64,000 nucleotides of DNA, taken from assembly GCA_963707635.1 (NCBI GenBank), contig OY970173.1:1280001-1344000 (forward strand). The letters run 5' to 3'. A program made the translations under genes and the position numbers. This document shows positions 53,528 through 64,000 of this stretch, piece after piece (within the stretch, counting starts at the first letter, position 1; each line of letters starts with the position of its first letter). The notes beneath the pieces are model-generated. The model ran no database searches and had not been told where the DNA came from. It saw only the letters and a program-made list of their open reading frames with translations. The DNA comes from Candidatus Latescibacterota bacterium. Lineage in GTDB: Bacteria; Krumholzibacteriota; Krumholzibacteriia; WVZY01; JAKEHA01.

Positions 53528-54825
53528 TGCACGCGCGAACCGATTCTGTGACGCGCGCGGCGTGGAACCTGCGCGCTGCCGTCGTGCTGGCTGCGCTCGC
53601 CCTGGCCGCGCCGGCGGTCCGTGCCGCGGACATCGCGGAGCAGATCGACGCCTACGTCAAGCCGTTCGCGGACGCCGGACAATTTTCCGGTTGTATCCTG
53701 GCCGTGCGCGGGGGAAAGGTGGTCTATCAGCGCGCGTTCGGCATGGCGGACGCCGAGCACCGCGTCCCGAACACCCTCGACACGCGCTTTTGCATCGCGT
53801 CGGTCACCAAGAACATGACGCGCGCGCTGGCGATCCGGCTGATCGAGGAGAAGAAACTCTCGCCGGCGGACTCCATCGCGAAATGGATCCCCGACTTTCC
53901 ACGCGGCAACGAGATCACGGTCGAGATGCTGATGCGGCATCAGTCCGGGATTCCGCACCGCGTGACCACCGACGAAGAAGAGACCCGGCGCACCACCTCG
54001 GCGGCAATGGTGGAAAAGGCGAAGCGCGCCCCGCTTTCGTTCTCGCCGGGCGAGAAGCGACTCTACAGCTCCACCGGGTACACGGTGCTCGCCCGCGTGC
54101 TCGAGCTCGCCACCGGCAAGTCGTTCTCCTCGCTGCTGGAGAAGTACATCTTCGAGCCGGCGCACATGACCGGAACGGTCGACTTCGACGGCAAGCGCAA
54201 GATCCCGAGCCGCGCTCACGAGTATCTGCTCCAGGAGACGGGCGCGGTGCCCGCGCCTCCCAAGGACTACTCGTTTCTGGTCGGCGCGGGATCGCTCTTC
54301 AGCACGGTGGGCGACGTGCGCCGCTTCTGCGACGCGGTGCTCGACAGCGTGTACGGCAACGGCGTGCGTTTCTCGCTTTCGCAGAATGGACAGACGGGCG
54401 CCAACGGCGCCGTGAACGGCTACCGCTGCTTTGCCGCGTTCGATCGAGGGCAAGGGTACGGCCTCGTGGTTGCCGCCAACCTGGAATCGGGGGCCAACGA
54501 CCTCCTGCAGCGCGACCTGCCGCAGATCCTTTCGGGGAAGAAAGTGCCCGTCCCGATGGTCCCGAAGGTGGCGCCGGTGGCGATCGACGCCGCGCGCCTG
54601 ACGGAGTACGTCGGGACCTACGACATGTCGGGATCCACCTTCGAAATACTCGTCGAGGGTGACCACCTCTACGCGGGACGGTTCCGCCTCATGCCGATCG
54701 GGAACGACCGCTTCTATTCCTGCGGGGGCTACGCCGAGATCGCGTTCTTCCGCGAAGGCGCCAGCGTGACGGGCCTGTCGTGGGCCGGGCCCGCCGGAAC
54801 CTCGGAGTGGCGCCGGCTGCCATGA
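53527..54825 (+). CDS. Serine hydrolase (beta-lactamase family), secreted
   Basis: Signal peptide; IASVTK, HQSGIP, YSS motifs; TGATG coupling with the upstream gene. Confidence 0.88.
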   Translation: MHARTDSVTRAAWNLRAAVVLAALALAAPAVRAADIAEQIDAYVKPFADAGQFSGCILAVRGGKVVYQRAFGMADAEHRVPNTLDTRFCIASVTKNMTRALAIRLIEEKKLSPADSIAKWIPDFPRGNEITVEMLMRHQSGIPHRVTTDEEETRRTTSAAMVEKAKRAPLSFSPGEKRLYSSTGYTVLARVLELATGKSFSSLLEKYIFEPAHMTGTVDFDGKRKIPSRAHEYLLQETGAVPAPPKDYSFLVGAGSLFSTVGDVRRFCDAVLDSVYGNGVRFSLSQNGQTGANGAVNGYRCFAAFDRGQGYGLVVAANLESGANDLLQRDLPQILSGKKVPVPMVPKVAPVAIDAARLTEYVGTYDMSGSTFEILVEGDHLYAGRFRLMPIGNDRFYSCGGYAEIAFFREGASVTGLSWAGPAGTSEWRRLP

Positions 54826-57452
54826 TCGGCGAGACGATTTCCCATTACCGCATTCTCGAGAAGCTCGGGGAGGGCGGGATGGGGGTCGTCTACCGGGCCG
54901 AAGACACGCGGCTCGGACGCATGGTCGCGCTGAAGTTCCTCCCCGCCGACGTCAACCAGGACGAGAACGCCCGACACCGCTTCCTGCGCGAGGCCAGAGC
55001 CGCGTCCGCGCTCGACCATCCCAACATCTACACGATCCATGAAGTCGACGAGACGGCGGACGGCCGCGCGTTCATATGCATGGCGTATTACGACGGCGAG
55101 TCCCTGCAGTCGAAGCTTCGCGGCACGCCGCTCCCGGTGGATGAGGCGGTTGCCATCGCGGCCCAGGTGGCGGACGGCCTCTCCAGCGCGCACGCCGCCG
55201 GGATCGTGCACCGGGACATCAAACCCGAAAACGTCATGATCACCCGGGACGGTGTCGCGAAGATCGTGGACTTCGGACTGGTCAAGCGAGCGAGCGACGC
55301 CCGCCTCACCACCGACGGCGCGGCGCTGGGAACGGTGGCCTACATGTCGCCGGAGCAGGTGCGCGGCGAGGACGTCGACGCGCGCTCCGACCTGTTTTCG
55401 CTGGGGGCGGTGCTCTACGAGATGCTCACCGGCCGGCCCCCGTTTCGCGGCGACCACCCGGCCTCCGTTCTCTATTCGATAACCAACGACCCGGTCGACG
55501 CGCCGTCGCACACCAACCACCGGGTGCCGGCGGAGCTGGATCGGATCGTCGTCAAGGCGCTCGCGAAGGATCTGGGCTCGCGCTACGCGTCGGCGTCGCA
55601 GCTCTCCGCGGACCTCCGCGGGCTCGGCCTCGCGACAGTCGCCGCGACACCGGCGCGCGCCGGGCGGCGCCTGCTCTGGACGCTCGCGCTCGCGGCCATC
55701 GCCGTGGTGGTGGCCCTCGGCGTCATATGGACCCAGCGCCGGAGTGCGACGGATATCGCCCGCGTGACGCACGACACCCCCGCCGGTGCGCCCGCAAGCC
55801 GGCGCACCACCTCGCAGCTCACCTTCGGCTCGAGCCTGGAGGACTGGCCCGCGTGGTCGCCCGACGGCGCGCGACTGGCTTACAGCGCGGAGGCAGACGG
55901 ATTCAAGCACCTCTTCGTGTGGTCCCGGGATTCCGGTAACGCCGGGCAGGTGACGCGCGGCGACTTCGACGATATCCAGGCGGCGTGGTCACCCGACGGG
56001 AATGCGATCGCGTTTGTGCGCGCGAACACCGCCGCGGGCAAGCTCTCCCCGACCGACGTGCTCGGTTATTTCAACGAAAGCGCACATGTCTACGTGCTGG
56101 ATGTCGCCGCCGGCGCCACCCGGAAGCTGATCGACAACGCATTCAACCCGTCGTATTCGCCGGACGGATCCACAATTCTCGTCGACGCGGCGTGGGCGGG
56201 GGCTCGGCGCATCTGGACGACCGACGCGCGCGGACGCAACCCGAAGCAGCTCACCACCGACGCGTCCGAGGCCGTCGTCCACGTGTCGCCCGCGTGGTCC
56301 CCGGACGGCACGCGCGTGGTCTATTGCCGCGTCCAGAATACGCGCGCCGACATCGAGGTCTTCGATCTCGCGACGCAGACCACTGTCCGCCTCACGGACG
56401 ATTGGTTCAACGATCTCGACCCGGTGTGGTCGCCGAGTGGACGCTACGTCTACTTCTCGTCGAACCGTGGCGGCGGGCTCAACCTCTGGCGCGTGGCGGT
56501 GGATGGTTCCACCCCGCGTGCACCGGAGCAGGTCACGACCGGCGCGGGCGATGACCTCCAGCCGTCGATCTCGCCCGACGGGTCGCGCCTCGCGTTCGTC
56601 GCGCTGGGATTGAACTCGGATCTGTGGCGTCTGCCGCTCGACCCAAAATCCGGCAAGCCGACTCGCGCGGCAGACGCTCTGATCGCCACCACGCGCGAAG
56701 ACAGCCGCGCCGCGTGGTCTCCCGACGGGAGCACGATCGCGTTCAACTCCGACCGGCTGGGCGACATGAATCTGTGGCTTCATTCGCTTCTGGACGGGAG
56801 CGAGCGCCGGCTGACCACCGGCGCGGGCGGCGACTACCAGGCGAACTGGTCGCCGGACGGGCAGAGGATCGCGTTTTTCTCTTCGCGGTCGGGAAACCTG
56901 GACATCTGGACGGTGGGTCTCGCGGACAGCGCGATGCGACAACTCACGTCGGATCCCGGCCTCGACGTGAATCCGTTCTTCTCGCCCGACGGAACCATGA
57001 TCGCGTTTCAATCGGATCGCGGGGGGCGCTCGGAGTTGTGGGTCATGCAATCGGACGGCACGCTCCCGCGACCGGTCGCCAGTGTCGAAGCGAACGGCCA
57101 CTTCGTGTGCTGGCGTGATAGTCGCCGGATCATGTTCGCATCGGGATGGGGCGCGGATCGTGTGATCTACAACGTCGACGTGGAGAACGGGGCGCTCGAG
57201 ACCATGCCGAAGATTAAGAGTGGCGCCCACATGTCGTTCTCTCCGGACGGCACACTCGTTCTGGACGTCACGGGGCACAAAGCGCTCTGGATCAACCCGC
57301 TGAGCGGCGCGGAGCCCACGAAGATTTTCGAGTTCGACAGCCCCGACATCCGGATCGACTACCCGAGGTGGTCGCCCGACGGCCGCTGGGCCGTCTTCGA
57401 CCGCGTCGCCCCCCAGGGCGGAGACATCTGGTCGATCGAAGGGTTGGAATAA
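54822..57452 (+). CDS. Hanks-type Ser/Thr kinase with TM and TolB-like PD40 beta-propellers
   Basis: GEGGMGVV, VALK, HRDIKPEN, DFG, YMSPEQ motifs; many WSPDG repeats. Confidence 0.93.
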   Translation: MIGETISHYRILEKLGEGGMGVVYRAEDTRLGRMVALKFLPADVNQDENARHRFLREARAASALDHPNIYTIHEVDETADGRAFICMAYYDGESLQSKLRGTPLPVDEAVAIAAQVADGLSSAHAAGIVHRDIKPENVMITRDGVAKIVDFGLVKRASDARLTTDGAALGTVAYMSPEQVRGEDVDARSDLFSLGAVLYEMLTGRPPFRGDHPASVLYSITNDPVDAPSHTNHRVPAELDRIVVKALAKDLGSRYASASQLSADLRGLGLATVAATPARAGRRLLWTLALAAIAVVVALGVIWTQRRSATDIARVTHDTPAGAPASRRTTSQLTFGSSLEDWPAWSPDGARLAYSAEADGFKHLFVWSRDSGNAGQVTRGDFDDIQAAWSPDGNAIAFVRANTAAGKLSPTDVLGYFNESAHVYVLDVAAGATRKLIDNAFNPSYSPDGSTILVDAAWAGARRIWTTDARGRNPKQLTTDASEAVVHVSPAWSPDGTRVVYCRVQNTRADIEVFDLATQTTVRLTDDWFNDLDPVWSPSGRYVYFSSNRGGGLNLWRVAVDGSTPRAPEQVTTGAGDDLQPSISPDGSRLAFVALGLNSDLWRLPLDPKSGKPTRAADALIATTREDSRAAWSPDGSTIAFNSDRLGDMNLWLHSLLDGSERRLTTGAGGDYQANWSPDGQRIAFFSSRSGNLDIWTVGLADSAMRQLTSDPGLDVNPFFSPDGTMIAFQSDRGGRSELWVMQSDGTLPRPVASVEANGHFVCWRDSRRIMFASGWGADRVIYNVDVENGALETMPKIKSGAHMSFSPDGTLVLDVTGHKALWINPLSGAEPTKIFEFDSPDIRIDYPRWSPDGRWAVFDRVAPQGGDIWSIEGLE

Positions 57453-57494
57453 GCGGATGGGTGTACTATTCCTCTATCCAGGAGGTTCATTGCC

Positions 57495-58073
57495 ATGTCG
57501 AAGACGATTCTGCAACTCGTCGGCGACTTCGCCGAAGACTACGAAGTCATGGTCCCGTTCCAGGCGCTGCAGATGGTCGGGCACACCGTCCACGCCGTCT
57601 GTCCCGACAAGAAGGCGGGAGAGAAGATCCGAACTGCCATCCACGATTTCGAAGGAGATCAAACCTACAGCGAGAAGCGGGGGCACGACTTTGCGCTCAA
57701 CGCAACGTTTGCCACGGTCAAGCCCCAGGACTACGACGCGCTGGTCATCTCGGGCGGCCGCGCGCCGGAGTACATCCGTCTCAACCCGCGCGTGCTCGAG
57801 CTGGTGCGTCACTTTTTCGACGCCGGCAAGCCGGTGGCCGCCGTGTGCCACGGCGCGCAGGTGCTGACCGCCGCCGGCGTCGTCAAGGGACGCACCGTGT
57901 CGGCCTATCCGGCAGTGGGTCCGGAAGTCAAGGCCGCGGGCGGCGAATACGCCGACATTCCGATCAGCGATGCCGTGACGGACGGGAACCTGGTGACAGC
58001 TCCGGCATGGCCGGCCCACCCGGCGTGGCTGGCGCAGTTTCTCAAGGTGTTGGGGACGAAGATCACCGGCTGA
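57495..58073 (+). CDS. DJ-1/PfpI family protein
   Basis: DFAEDYE, GGRAPEY, AVCHG motifs; SD AGGAGG. Confidence 0.93.
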   Translation: MSKTILQLVGDFAEDYEVMVPFQALQMVGHTVHAVCPDKKAGEKIRTAIHDFEGDQTYSEKRGHDFALNATFATVKPQDYDALVISGGRAPEYIRLNPRVLELVRHFFDAGKPVAAVCHGAQVLTAAGVVKGRTVSAYPAVGPEVKAAGGEYADIPISDAVTDGNLVTAPAWPAHPAWLAQFLKVLGTKITG

Positions 58074-58311
58074 ACTCCGGCCCGGGGCCTCGGTCGAAAC
58101 GTTAGGTAATTGCGGGCGCCCGCCCCGGCAGGTTATTCTCTCTGCAGCCGCATTCGCACCGCCTGCCCAAACCGGTCGGCGGCTCGTCGGGGAGTTGTGT
58201 CGTCGGCGAGTTCGTCGCGGCTCGTCAGAATTCGTAGTATAATTCCGGGCTCCTCGGACCGGTGGCGTTCCACCGCACGGGGTGTCCGCACCCCAGGGAG
58301 ACTCTCGTATC

Positions 58312-59436
58312 ATGTTGAAGCGCATTGGCATAGTGGTCGCGATCATCATCGTCATCGTCGGGGCGCTCGCGTTCGTGAAGTACCGCCAGATCAAGGCCGC
58401 CATGTCGGGCGGAGCCTGGTCACCGCCGCCGGAGGCGGTCACCACCGTGGTGGCGAAGGAAGACAGCTGGCAGGGAACCCAGCACGCCATCGGCAGCGCG
58501 ACCGCGGTGAGCGGAGTCACCGTGAGCGCGGACCTTCCCGGGATCGTGCAGGAAATCACCTTCGTCTCGGGCCACGCCGCGAACGCGGGTGACGTGCTCG
58601 TGCGCCTGGACACGACCCAGGAGCGCGCGCAGCTGGCCGCGTCCGAGGCCCAGCGGGACCTCGCCCACTTGAATCTCGATCGCGCGAAGGATCTCAAGGA
58701 GAAGGAAGTCATCTCGCAGGCCGAGTTCGACCGCGTCAACGCGGAGGCGAAGGGCGCGGACGCCAACGTGGAAGAGGTGCGCGCGGTCATCGAACGCAAG
58801 ACCATCCGCGCGCCGTTCCGGGGAATTCTCGGGATCCGGCGCGTGAATCTCGGCCAGTACCTCTCTGGCGGCGACCCGGTGGTGTCGCTGCAGGCGCTCG
58901 ACCCGATCTACGTGAACTTCGGCGTGCCGCAGCAGGCGACCGGCACGCTGCGCGTGGGCAACGAGGTGCAGGCCGTCGTCGAAGGCGTCGACGGCGTGGC
59001 GGCGACCGGGAAGATCACGGCGATCAACTCGGTGGTGGACGAGGCCACCCGCAACGTCGAGGTCCAGGCCACCTTCGCCAACCCGAAGGGTGTCCTGCGC
59101 CCCGGCATGTTCGTGGAGATCGACATGCTCCTGGATTCCAAGAGCGTGATGGTGGCGCTGCCGTCATCGGCGATCAACTTTGCGCCGTACGGCAACTCGG
59201 TGTTCATCGTGGAAGACGTAAAGGGCCCCACCGGCGCGACCTACCGCGGCGTGCGCCAGCAGTTCGTCAAGCTCGGCCCCGCGCGCGGTGATCAGGTGTC
59301 CGTCCTCTCCGGGGTCAAGCCCGGCGAGGAAGTGGTGAGCTCGGGCGTGTTCAAGCTCCGGCCCGGCGCCGCGGTCGAGGTCAACAATGAGATCCAGCCG
59401 TCCAACGATCCGGCGGCGAAGCCCGAGGACAGCTAG
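58312..59436 (+). CDS. RND efflux periplasmic adaptor subunit
   Basis: IRAPFRG, LRPGMF motifs; N-terminal anchor; TATAAT at 58238-58243. Confidence 0.93.
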   Translation: MLKRIGIVVAIIIVIVGALAFVKYRQIKAAMSGGAWSPPPEAVTTVVAKEDSWQGTQHAIGSATAVSGVTVSADLPGIVQEITFVSGHAANAGDVLVRLDTTQERAQLAASEAQRDLAHLNLDRAKDLKEKEVISQAEFDRVNAEAKGADANVEEVRAVIERKTIRAPFRGILGIRRVNLGQYLSGGDPVVSLQALDPIYVNFGVPQQATGTLRVGNEVQAVVEGVDGVAATGKITAINSVVDEATRNVEVQATFANPKGVLRPGMFVEIDMLLDSKSVMVALPSSAINFAPYGNSVFIVEDVKGPTGATYRGVRQQFVKLGPARGDQVSVLSGVKPGEEVVSSGVFKLRPGAAVEVNNEIQPSNDPAAKPEDS

Positions 59437-62400
59437 ATGAAGATCACCGACGTCTTCATACGCCGGCCCGTCTTCGCGGTCGTCCTCAACCTGGTCATCC
59501 TGATCGCGGGCCTGCAGTCGATCCGCTCGCTCTCCGTGCGCCAGTACCCGCGCAGCGACATCGCCGTGATCTCCGTGACGACGGCGTACATCGGCGCGAA
59601 CGCCGACCTGGTGCGCGGTTTCATCACCACCCCGCTCGAGCGCGTGATTGCGAGCGCCGACGGCATCGACTTCATGGAGTCGTCGAGCGTGCAGGGGCTG
59701 AGCACCATCACGGTGCACCTGAAGCTCAACTTCGACACCAGCGCGGCGCTCACGCAGATCCAGTCCAAGGTGGCGCAGGTGCGAAACGACCTCCCGCCCG
59801 AGGCGGAGGCACCGATCATCCAGGTCAGCACCGCGGACGACGAATTCGCCGCGATGTACCTCGGGTTCTCCTCCGAGGACCTCGACCAGAACCAGATTAC
59901 GGACTATCTCACGCGCGTGGTGCAGCCGAAGCTTTCCGCTGTGAGCGGAGTGCAGCGCGCGGAGATTCTCGGCGCGCGGACCTTCGCGATGCGGGTGTGG
60001 CTCAAGCCGGAGAAGATGGCCGCGCTCGGCATCGCACCGTCGACGGTGCGCGACGTGCTCGCGGACAACAATTACCTCTCCGCGCTGGGCAGCACGAAGG
60101 GGTCGATGGTGTCGGTCAACCTGGTCGCCAACACCGACCTCAAGACCGCGGACGAGTTCCGCAAGATGGTCGTCAAGGAAGAGGGTGGGGCGGTGGTCCG
60201 GCTGGGCGACATCGCCGACGTCCAGCTCGGCGCGGAGAACTACGAGCAGGACGTCCGCTTCAATGGGCAGTCGGCCACCTTCATCGGCATCTGGGTGCTT
60301 CCCACCGCGAACTCGCTCGAGGTGGTGGGCCGGGTGCGCGAGCTCATGCCCGATATCCAGGCGCAGCTGCCCCGGGGCATGACCGCCGGCATCCCGTACG
60401 ATTCGACCGAGTACATCGAGCACGCCATCCGGGAAGTGTTGAAGACGCTCTCCGAGACCCTGCTTATCGTCATCGCGGTCATCTTCATGTTCCTGGGCTC
60501 GTTGCGCGCCATGATCATCCCCGTGGTGGCGATCCCGATTTCGCTGATCGGCACGGTGTTCCTGATGGCGTTGGCCGGCTTCACCATCAACCTGCTCACA
60601 CTGCTCGCGGTGGTGCTGTCGGTCGGACTGGTGGTCGACGACGCGATCGTCATGGTGGAGAACATCGAGCGGCACCTGCACATGGGGGAGAGGCCGCTGC
60701 GCGCGGCCACCAAGGCGGCGCGCGAGCTGGTGGGTCCGATCGTCGCGATGACCATCACGCTGGCCGCGGTGTACACGCCGGTGGCCATCCAGGGCGGTCT
60801 CACCGGCGCGCTCTTCCGCGAGTTCGCGTTCGCGCTCGCAGGAGCTGTGATCGTGTCCGGGGTGGTGGCGCTGACGCTCTCGCCGGTGATGGGGGCGAAG
60901 ATGCTCCGCTTCGGGGACACCGAGCGGGGCTTCGCGGGCTTCGTCAACCGGCGCTTCGAGAGCCACCGCCGTCTCTACGTGCGCATGCTCACCAACACGC
61001 TCAAGTACCGGCCCGCCGTGTTCATCGTGTGGGCCGTGGTGGTCGCGCTGATGGGCCCATTCTACATGTTCTCACAAAAAGAGCTCGCGCCCGCTGAGGA
61101 CCAGTCCATTGTCTTCGGGATCGTGCAGGCCGCCGCGAATTCGACCCTCGACCAGACGATGCTCTTTGCGAGCGAGGTCAACAAGGTCTACGCGGCGTTT
61201 CCGGAGACCAAGGCGACGTTCCAGATCACGTTTCCCACCTTCGGGTTCGGCGGCATGGTGACGAAGCCGTGGAGCGAGCGCAAGAAGAGCACCTCGCAGC
61301 TCCACATGGAATCGTCGGTGGCGCTAGCGAAGATTCCCGGTGTCCGCGTCATTCCGATGGTCCCGCCCGCGCTCCCGGGCGGCAGCGGTTTTCCGGTGGA
61401 TTTCGTGATCGCGTCGACGGCGGAGCCGCAGCAGCTGGTCGATTTCGCGAATCAGCTCGTGGGCAAGGCATACCAGAGCGGGATGTTCATGTACGCGGAC
61501 ACCGACCTCAAGTTCGACCAGCCTCAGGCCGAGGTGGTCTTCAACCGCGACAAGGTCCGCTCAGAAGGCATCGACATGAGTCTCGTCGGCCGCGACCTCT
61601 CCACGCTCTTGAGCGGGAACTACGTGAATCGCTTCAGCATTCAGGGGCGCAGCTACAAGGTCATCCCGCAGATCAAGCGCAGCGAACGCCTGACCCCGGA
61701 CCAACTCGCCGACATCTACGTCTCCGGACCGGAGGGCCGGCTGGTCCCGCTGTCGACGTTTGCGACTCTCGCGACCTCCACGGAGCCGCGCGAGCTCAAG
61801 CGCTTTCAGCAGCTCAACGCCGTGCGCGTGCAGGGGGTCATTCCGCCAGGGGTGTCGCTCGACAAGGCGCTGCGCTTCCTGGAGGACGAGTCGCGAAAGA
61901 TCCTGCCGCCGGGCTACTCGATCGACTACGCCGGCGAGTCGCGGCAGCTGCGCAAAGAGGGCAGCAAGTTCCTCGGCGTGTTTCTGCTGTCGGCGATTCT
62001 CATCTACCTCGTGCTCGCGGCGCAGTTCGAGAGCTTCCGCGACCCGTTCGTGATCCTGGCCGGCTCGGTCCCGCTGGCCCTTTCCGGCGCGCTCACGTTC
62101 TCGTTCCTCGGGTTCACGACGCTCAACATCTACAGCCAGGTGGGTTTGATCACGCTCGTCGGACTGGTGGCAAAGAACGGCATTCTGATCGTCCAGTTCG
62201 CGAACGAACTGCAGCTGGCGGGAAAAGCGAAACTCGCCGCGGTCATCGAGGCGGCGGGCACGCGCTTGCGTCCGATCTTGATGACCACCTCCGCGACGGT
62301 GGTTGGCCACTTGCCGCTGGTGTTCGCGAGCGGACCGGGTGCGGGAGCGCGCAACTCGATCGGCATCATGCTGGTGAGCGGGATGATCATCGGGTCGGCC

Positions 62401-62508
62401 TTCACGCTGTTCGTCGTGCCGTCGATCTACATGCTGATCGCCCGCACCCGCGGACCTGCGGTCGCGGACGCCGAGGAAATCGAGCTTGCGGCCGCGGAAG
62501 CCGTCTAG
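59437..62508 (+). CDS. RND efflux permease (AcrB/MexW-like)
   Basis: FIRRPV, GLVVDDAIVMVEN, AKNGILIV, RLRPILMT motifs. Confidence 0.95.
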   Translation: MKITDVFIRRPVFAVVLNLVILIAGLQSIRSLSVRQYPRSDIAVISVTTAYIGANADLVRGFITTPLERVIASADGIDFMESSSVQGLSTITVHLKLNFDTSAALTQIQSKVAQVRNDLPPEAEAPIIQVSTADDEFAAMYLGFSSEDLDQNQITDYLTRVVQPKLSAVSGVQRAEILGARTFAMRVWLKPEKMAALGIAPSTVRDVLADNNYLSALGSTKGSMVSVNLVANTDLKTADEFRKMVVKEEGGAVVRLGDIADVQLGAENYEQDVRFNGQSATFIGIWVLPTANSLEVVGRVRELMPDIQAQLPRGMTAGIPYDSTEYIEHAIREVLKTLSETLLIVIAVIFMFLGSLRAMIIPVVAIPISLIGTVFLMALAGFTINLLTLLAVVLSVGLVVDDAIVMVENIERHLHMGERPLRAATKAARELVGPIVAMTITLAAVYTPVAIQGGLTGALFREFAFALAGAVIVSGVVALTLSPVMGAKMLRFGDTERGFAGFVNRRFESHRRLYVRMLTNTLKYRPAVFIVWAVVVALMGPFYMFSQKELAPAEDQSIVFGIVQAAANSTLDQTMLFASEVNKVYAAFPETKATFQITFPTFGFGGMVTKPWSERKKSTSQLHMESSVALAKIPGVRVIPMVPPALPGGSGFPVDFVIASTAEPQQLVDFANQLVGKAYQSGMFMYADTDLKFDQPQAEVVFNRDKVRSEGIDMSLVGRDLSTLLSGNYVNRFSIQGRSYKVIPQIKRSERLTPDQLADIYVSGPEGRLVPLSTFATLATSTEPRELKRFQQLNAVRVQGVIPPGVSLDKALRFLEDESRKILPPGYSIDYAGESRQLRKEGSKFLGVFLLSAILIYLVLAAQFESFRDPFVILAGSVPLALSGALTFSFLGFTTLNIYSQVGLITLVGLVAKNGILIVQFANELQLAGKAKLAAVIEAAGTRLRPILMTTSATVVGHLPLVFASGPGAGARNSIGIMLVSGMIIGSAFTLFVVPSIYMLIARTRGPAVADAEEIELAAAEAV

Positions 62509-62546
62509 GGAGCGATCGCGGCGTCGCCCGGCGCGAAATCCTCTAG

Positions 62547-62575
62547 TTGACGTCCGCCGGGCCCGGAGCTAGCCT
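62547..62575 (+). promoter_or_regulatory. Putative sigma70 promoter
   Basis: TTGACG-N17-TAGCCT. Confidence 0.55.
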
Positions 62576-62653
62576 CCCCCCGACGGTCCAGAATTCGCTG
62601 CATCCTCCTGTCAGACCGCATCTGAGCAGTGCGTAACCGGCGAGGGGGCGGGT

Positions 62654-62920
62654 GTGGGACAGCCATACGAGTGCGCCGACTGCAAGCATGCCTTCGCAGT
62701 CGACTTTTCCGACGAGGAAGCTTCTTCGTCCATCCACGAAGGGCGTCTGGACGAGTGTCCCCAGTGCGGACAGCGAGTGGGCCACGGTCGCGTCGAGTGC
62801 GGGCGATGCACGCACCCGTTCGTGGTGCACCTGCCCCACTGGCATCGACACTGCGACCTGGCGAGTGCCAAGTGTCCGATGTGCAGCGAGGCCTTCGTCG
62901 GATTCTGTTCCTGCTCGTGA
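62654..62920 (+). CDS. Small Cys/His-rich zinc-finger-like protein
   Basis: Four CxxC, HWHRHC and terminal CSC in 88 aa. Confidence 0.65.
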   Translation: MGQPYECADCKHAFAVDFSDEEASSSIHEGRLDECPQCGQRVGHGRVECGRCTHPFVVHLPHWHRHCDLASAKCPMCSEAFVGFCSCS

Positions 62921-62971
62921 AATCGGTTTGAGCGCTTGTGACCCGGCCGCGGAATCGCAGGGAACTCCGTC

Positions 62972-63397
62972 ATGGATAAGCGAACCCTCGTCGACCACCT
63001 GAACCAGGATCTCGCCGGCGAGCTCGGAGCCATCATTCAATACCTCACGTACGCCGCCAAGACGACCGGGCCTTACCGCCCGCAACTTTCGCAGTTCTTT
63101 CTCACCGAAGTGGCCGACGAACAGTTGCACGCGCAGTACCTGGCCAACAAGATCGTCGCGCTGGGAGGCGAGCCGACCACCCAGCCGCGGCCGGTCCCGG
63201 CCGCGCGCACCAATCGCGAGATGCTGGAAGCGGTGCTTGCCGCCGAACGACAGGCCACCCAGGACTACTCCGAACGCGCGCGCGAAGCGGACGCCGTCGG
63301 CGACAAGGGCCTCGCGGTCCAGCTCGAAGACATGGTGCGGGATGAGAGCGGGCACGCGGACGAGACGGAGCGGATCTTGCGCGACTGGCCGCTGTAG
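62972..63397 (+). CDS. Ferritin-like (bacterioferritin family) protein
   Basis: E..AIIQY, DEQLHA, E....Y, DESGH di-iron ligands. Confidence 0.88.
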   Translation: MDKRTLVDHLNQDLAGELGAIIQYLTYAAKTTGPYRPQLSQFFLTEVADEQLHAQYLANKIVALGGEPTTQPRPVPAARTNREMLEAVLAAERQATQDYSERAREADAVGDKGLAVQLEDMVRDESGHADETERILRDWPL

Positions 63398-63432
63398 GTC
63401 GTGGGTGCGGCGCCGGCGGGCGCGCCGCGAAC

Positions 63433-63458
63433 GAAACATCCGCGATCGCCCGACCGTA
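63433..63458 (+). promoter_or_regulatory. Candidate ECF sigma promoter
   Basis: GAAAC-N17-CGTA upstream of the ABC ATPase. Confidence 0.4.
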
Positions 63459-63548
63459 CATACTGCTGTTTCCAACCGACGCGCGCGTTAGTCCCGGCGC
63501 GAGCCGCCGAGGCGGCGCGAGCGTACCCCGATTTGCCAGGAGGTCCCC

Positions 63549-64000
63549 GTGTTAAGCACCCGTGGTCTTACCAAGATCTATCCCGGTCCCGTCACCGCCC
63601 TCAATGGCATCGACCTCGACGTTCCGGCCGGCATGTTCGGGCTCCTCGGGCCCAACGGCGCGGGGAAGTCCACCTTCATGAAAATTCTGGCGGGACTCTT
63701 GGAACCGACGTCGGGCAGCGTGACCCTCGACGGGGTGGATATCCTCAACGATCCCGAGTCGCTGTGGCCGCGTCTCGGCTATCTCCCGCAGGAATTCGGC
63801 TTCTATCCGCACCTTTCGGGGGAGGCAATGCTGTCGCATCTGCTCGCCCTCAAGGGCGTCGACGCGCCGCAGGGACGCAAGCAGCTGGTGAAGGAACTGC
63901 TCGAGCGCGTGAACCTCACCTTTGCGGCCAAGCGTGCGCTGAAGGGTTACTCCGGCGGCATGCGCCAGCGACTGGGCATCGCGCAGGCGATCGCCGGGGA
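63549..64000 (+). CDS. ABC transporter ATP-binding protein, 5' part
   Basis: SD AGGAGG, GTG start, [27 protein letters not shown]; runs off the window. Confidence 0.92.
   Translation, partial: MLSTRGLTKIYPGPVTALNGIDLDVPAGMFGLLGPNGAGKSTFMKILAGLLEPTSGSVTLDGVDILNDPESLWPRLGYLPQEFGFYPHLSGEAMLSHLLALKGVDAPQGRKQLVKELLERVNLTFAAKRALKGYSGGMRQRLGIAQAIAG

Noticed and set aside
58068..58110. GTTAGGT resembling an attC core after the PfpI gene
   Set aside because: No matching inverse core or paired arms, and no integron integrase.
62580..62650. CTGAGCAG resembling part of a NiCo riboswitch; loose fluoride-riboswitch likeness
   Set aside because: The remaining consensus elements are absent.
62918..62941. 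TGA after CSCS as a second Sec codon
   Set aside because: Another stop follows six codons later and there is no convincing hairpin.

Overview
GC-rich bacterial chromosome segment, probably from a deep-branching FCB-group lineage such as Krumholzibacteria, Latescibacteria or Eisenbacteria. This is inferred from a SprA/Sov homolog, a GWxTD protein and an NxPNPFNP...KLVLLK C-terminal domain protein; it is not proven. Positions 1-43 kb are core: hpf(partial)-hprK-mannose-type PTS-ptsH-ptsI-PGI/PMI-nucleotidyltransferase-metK-ahcY; lptF-lptG-GWxTD divergent from sprA-M28; rimP-nusA-infB-DUF503-rbfA-truB-ribF-rpsO-pnp-M16; envelope genes; asnS. Positions 43-64 kb are accessory: small hypotheticals, a repeat-rich secreted protein, a YejM-like sulfatase, serine hydrolases, a kinase, an RND pump, a ferritin-like protein and an ABC ATPase. 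No rRNA, tRNA, CRISPR array, integrase or transposase was recognised. Four signals stand out. (1) A MerB-like lyase is split by an in-frame TGA at the expected catalytic Cys position and followed by a SECIS-like hairpin, so it is probably a selenoprotein. (2) A family of ~95-nt intergenic hairpin modules occurs five times at three loci, with covarying outer stems and back-to-back inverted pairing. (3) A second intergenic element has fixed ends and a variable interior. (4) sprA is followed by a glutaminyl-cyclase-like M28 lipoprotein, and predicted secreted proteins start with Gln after the signal peptide.
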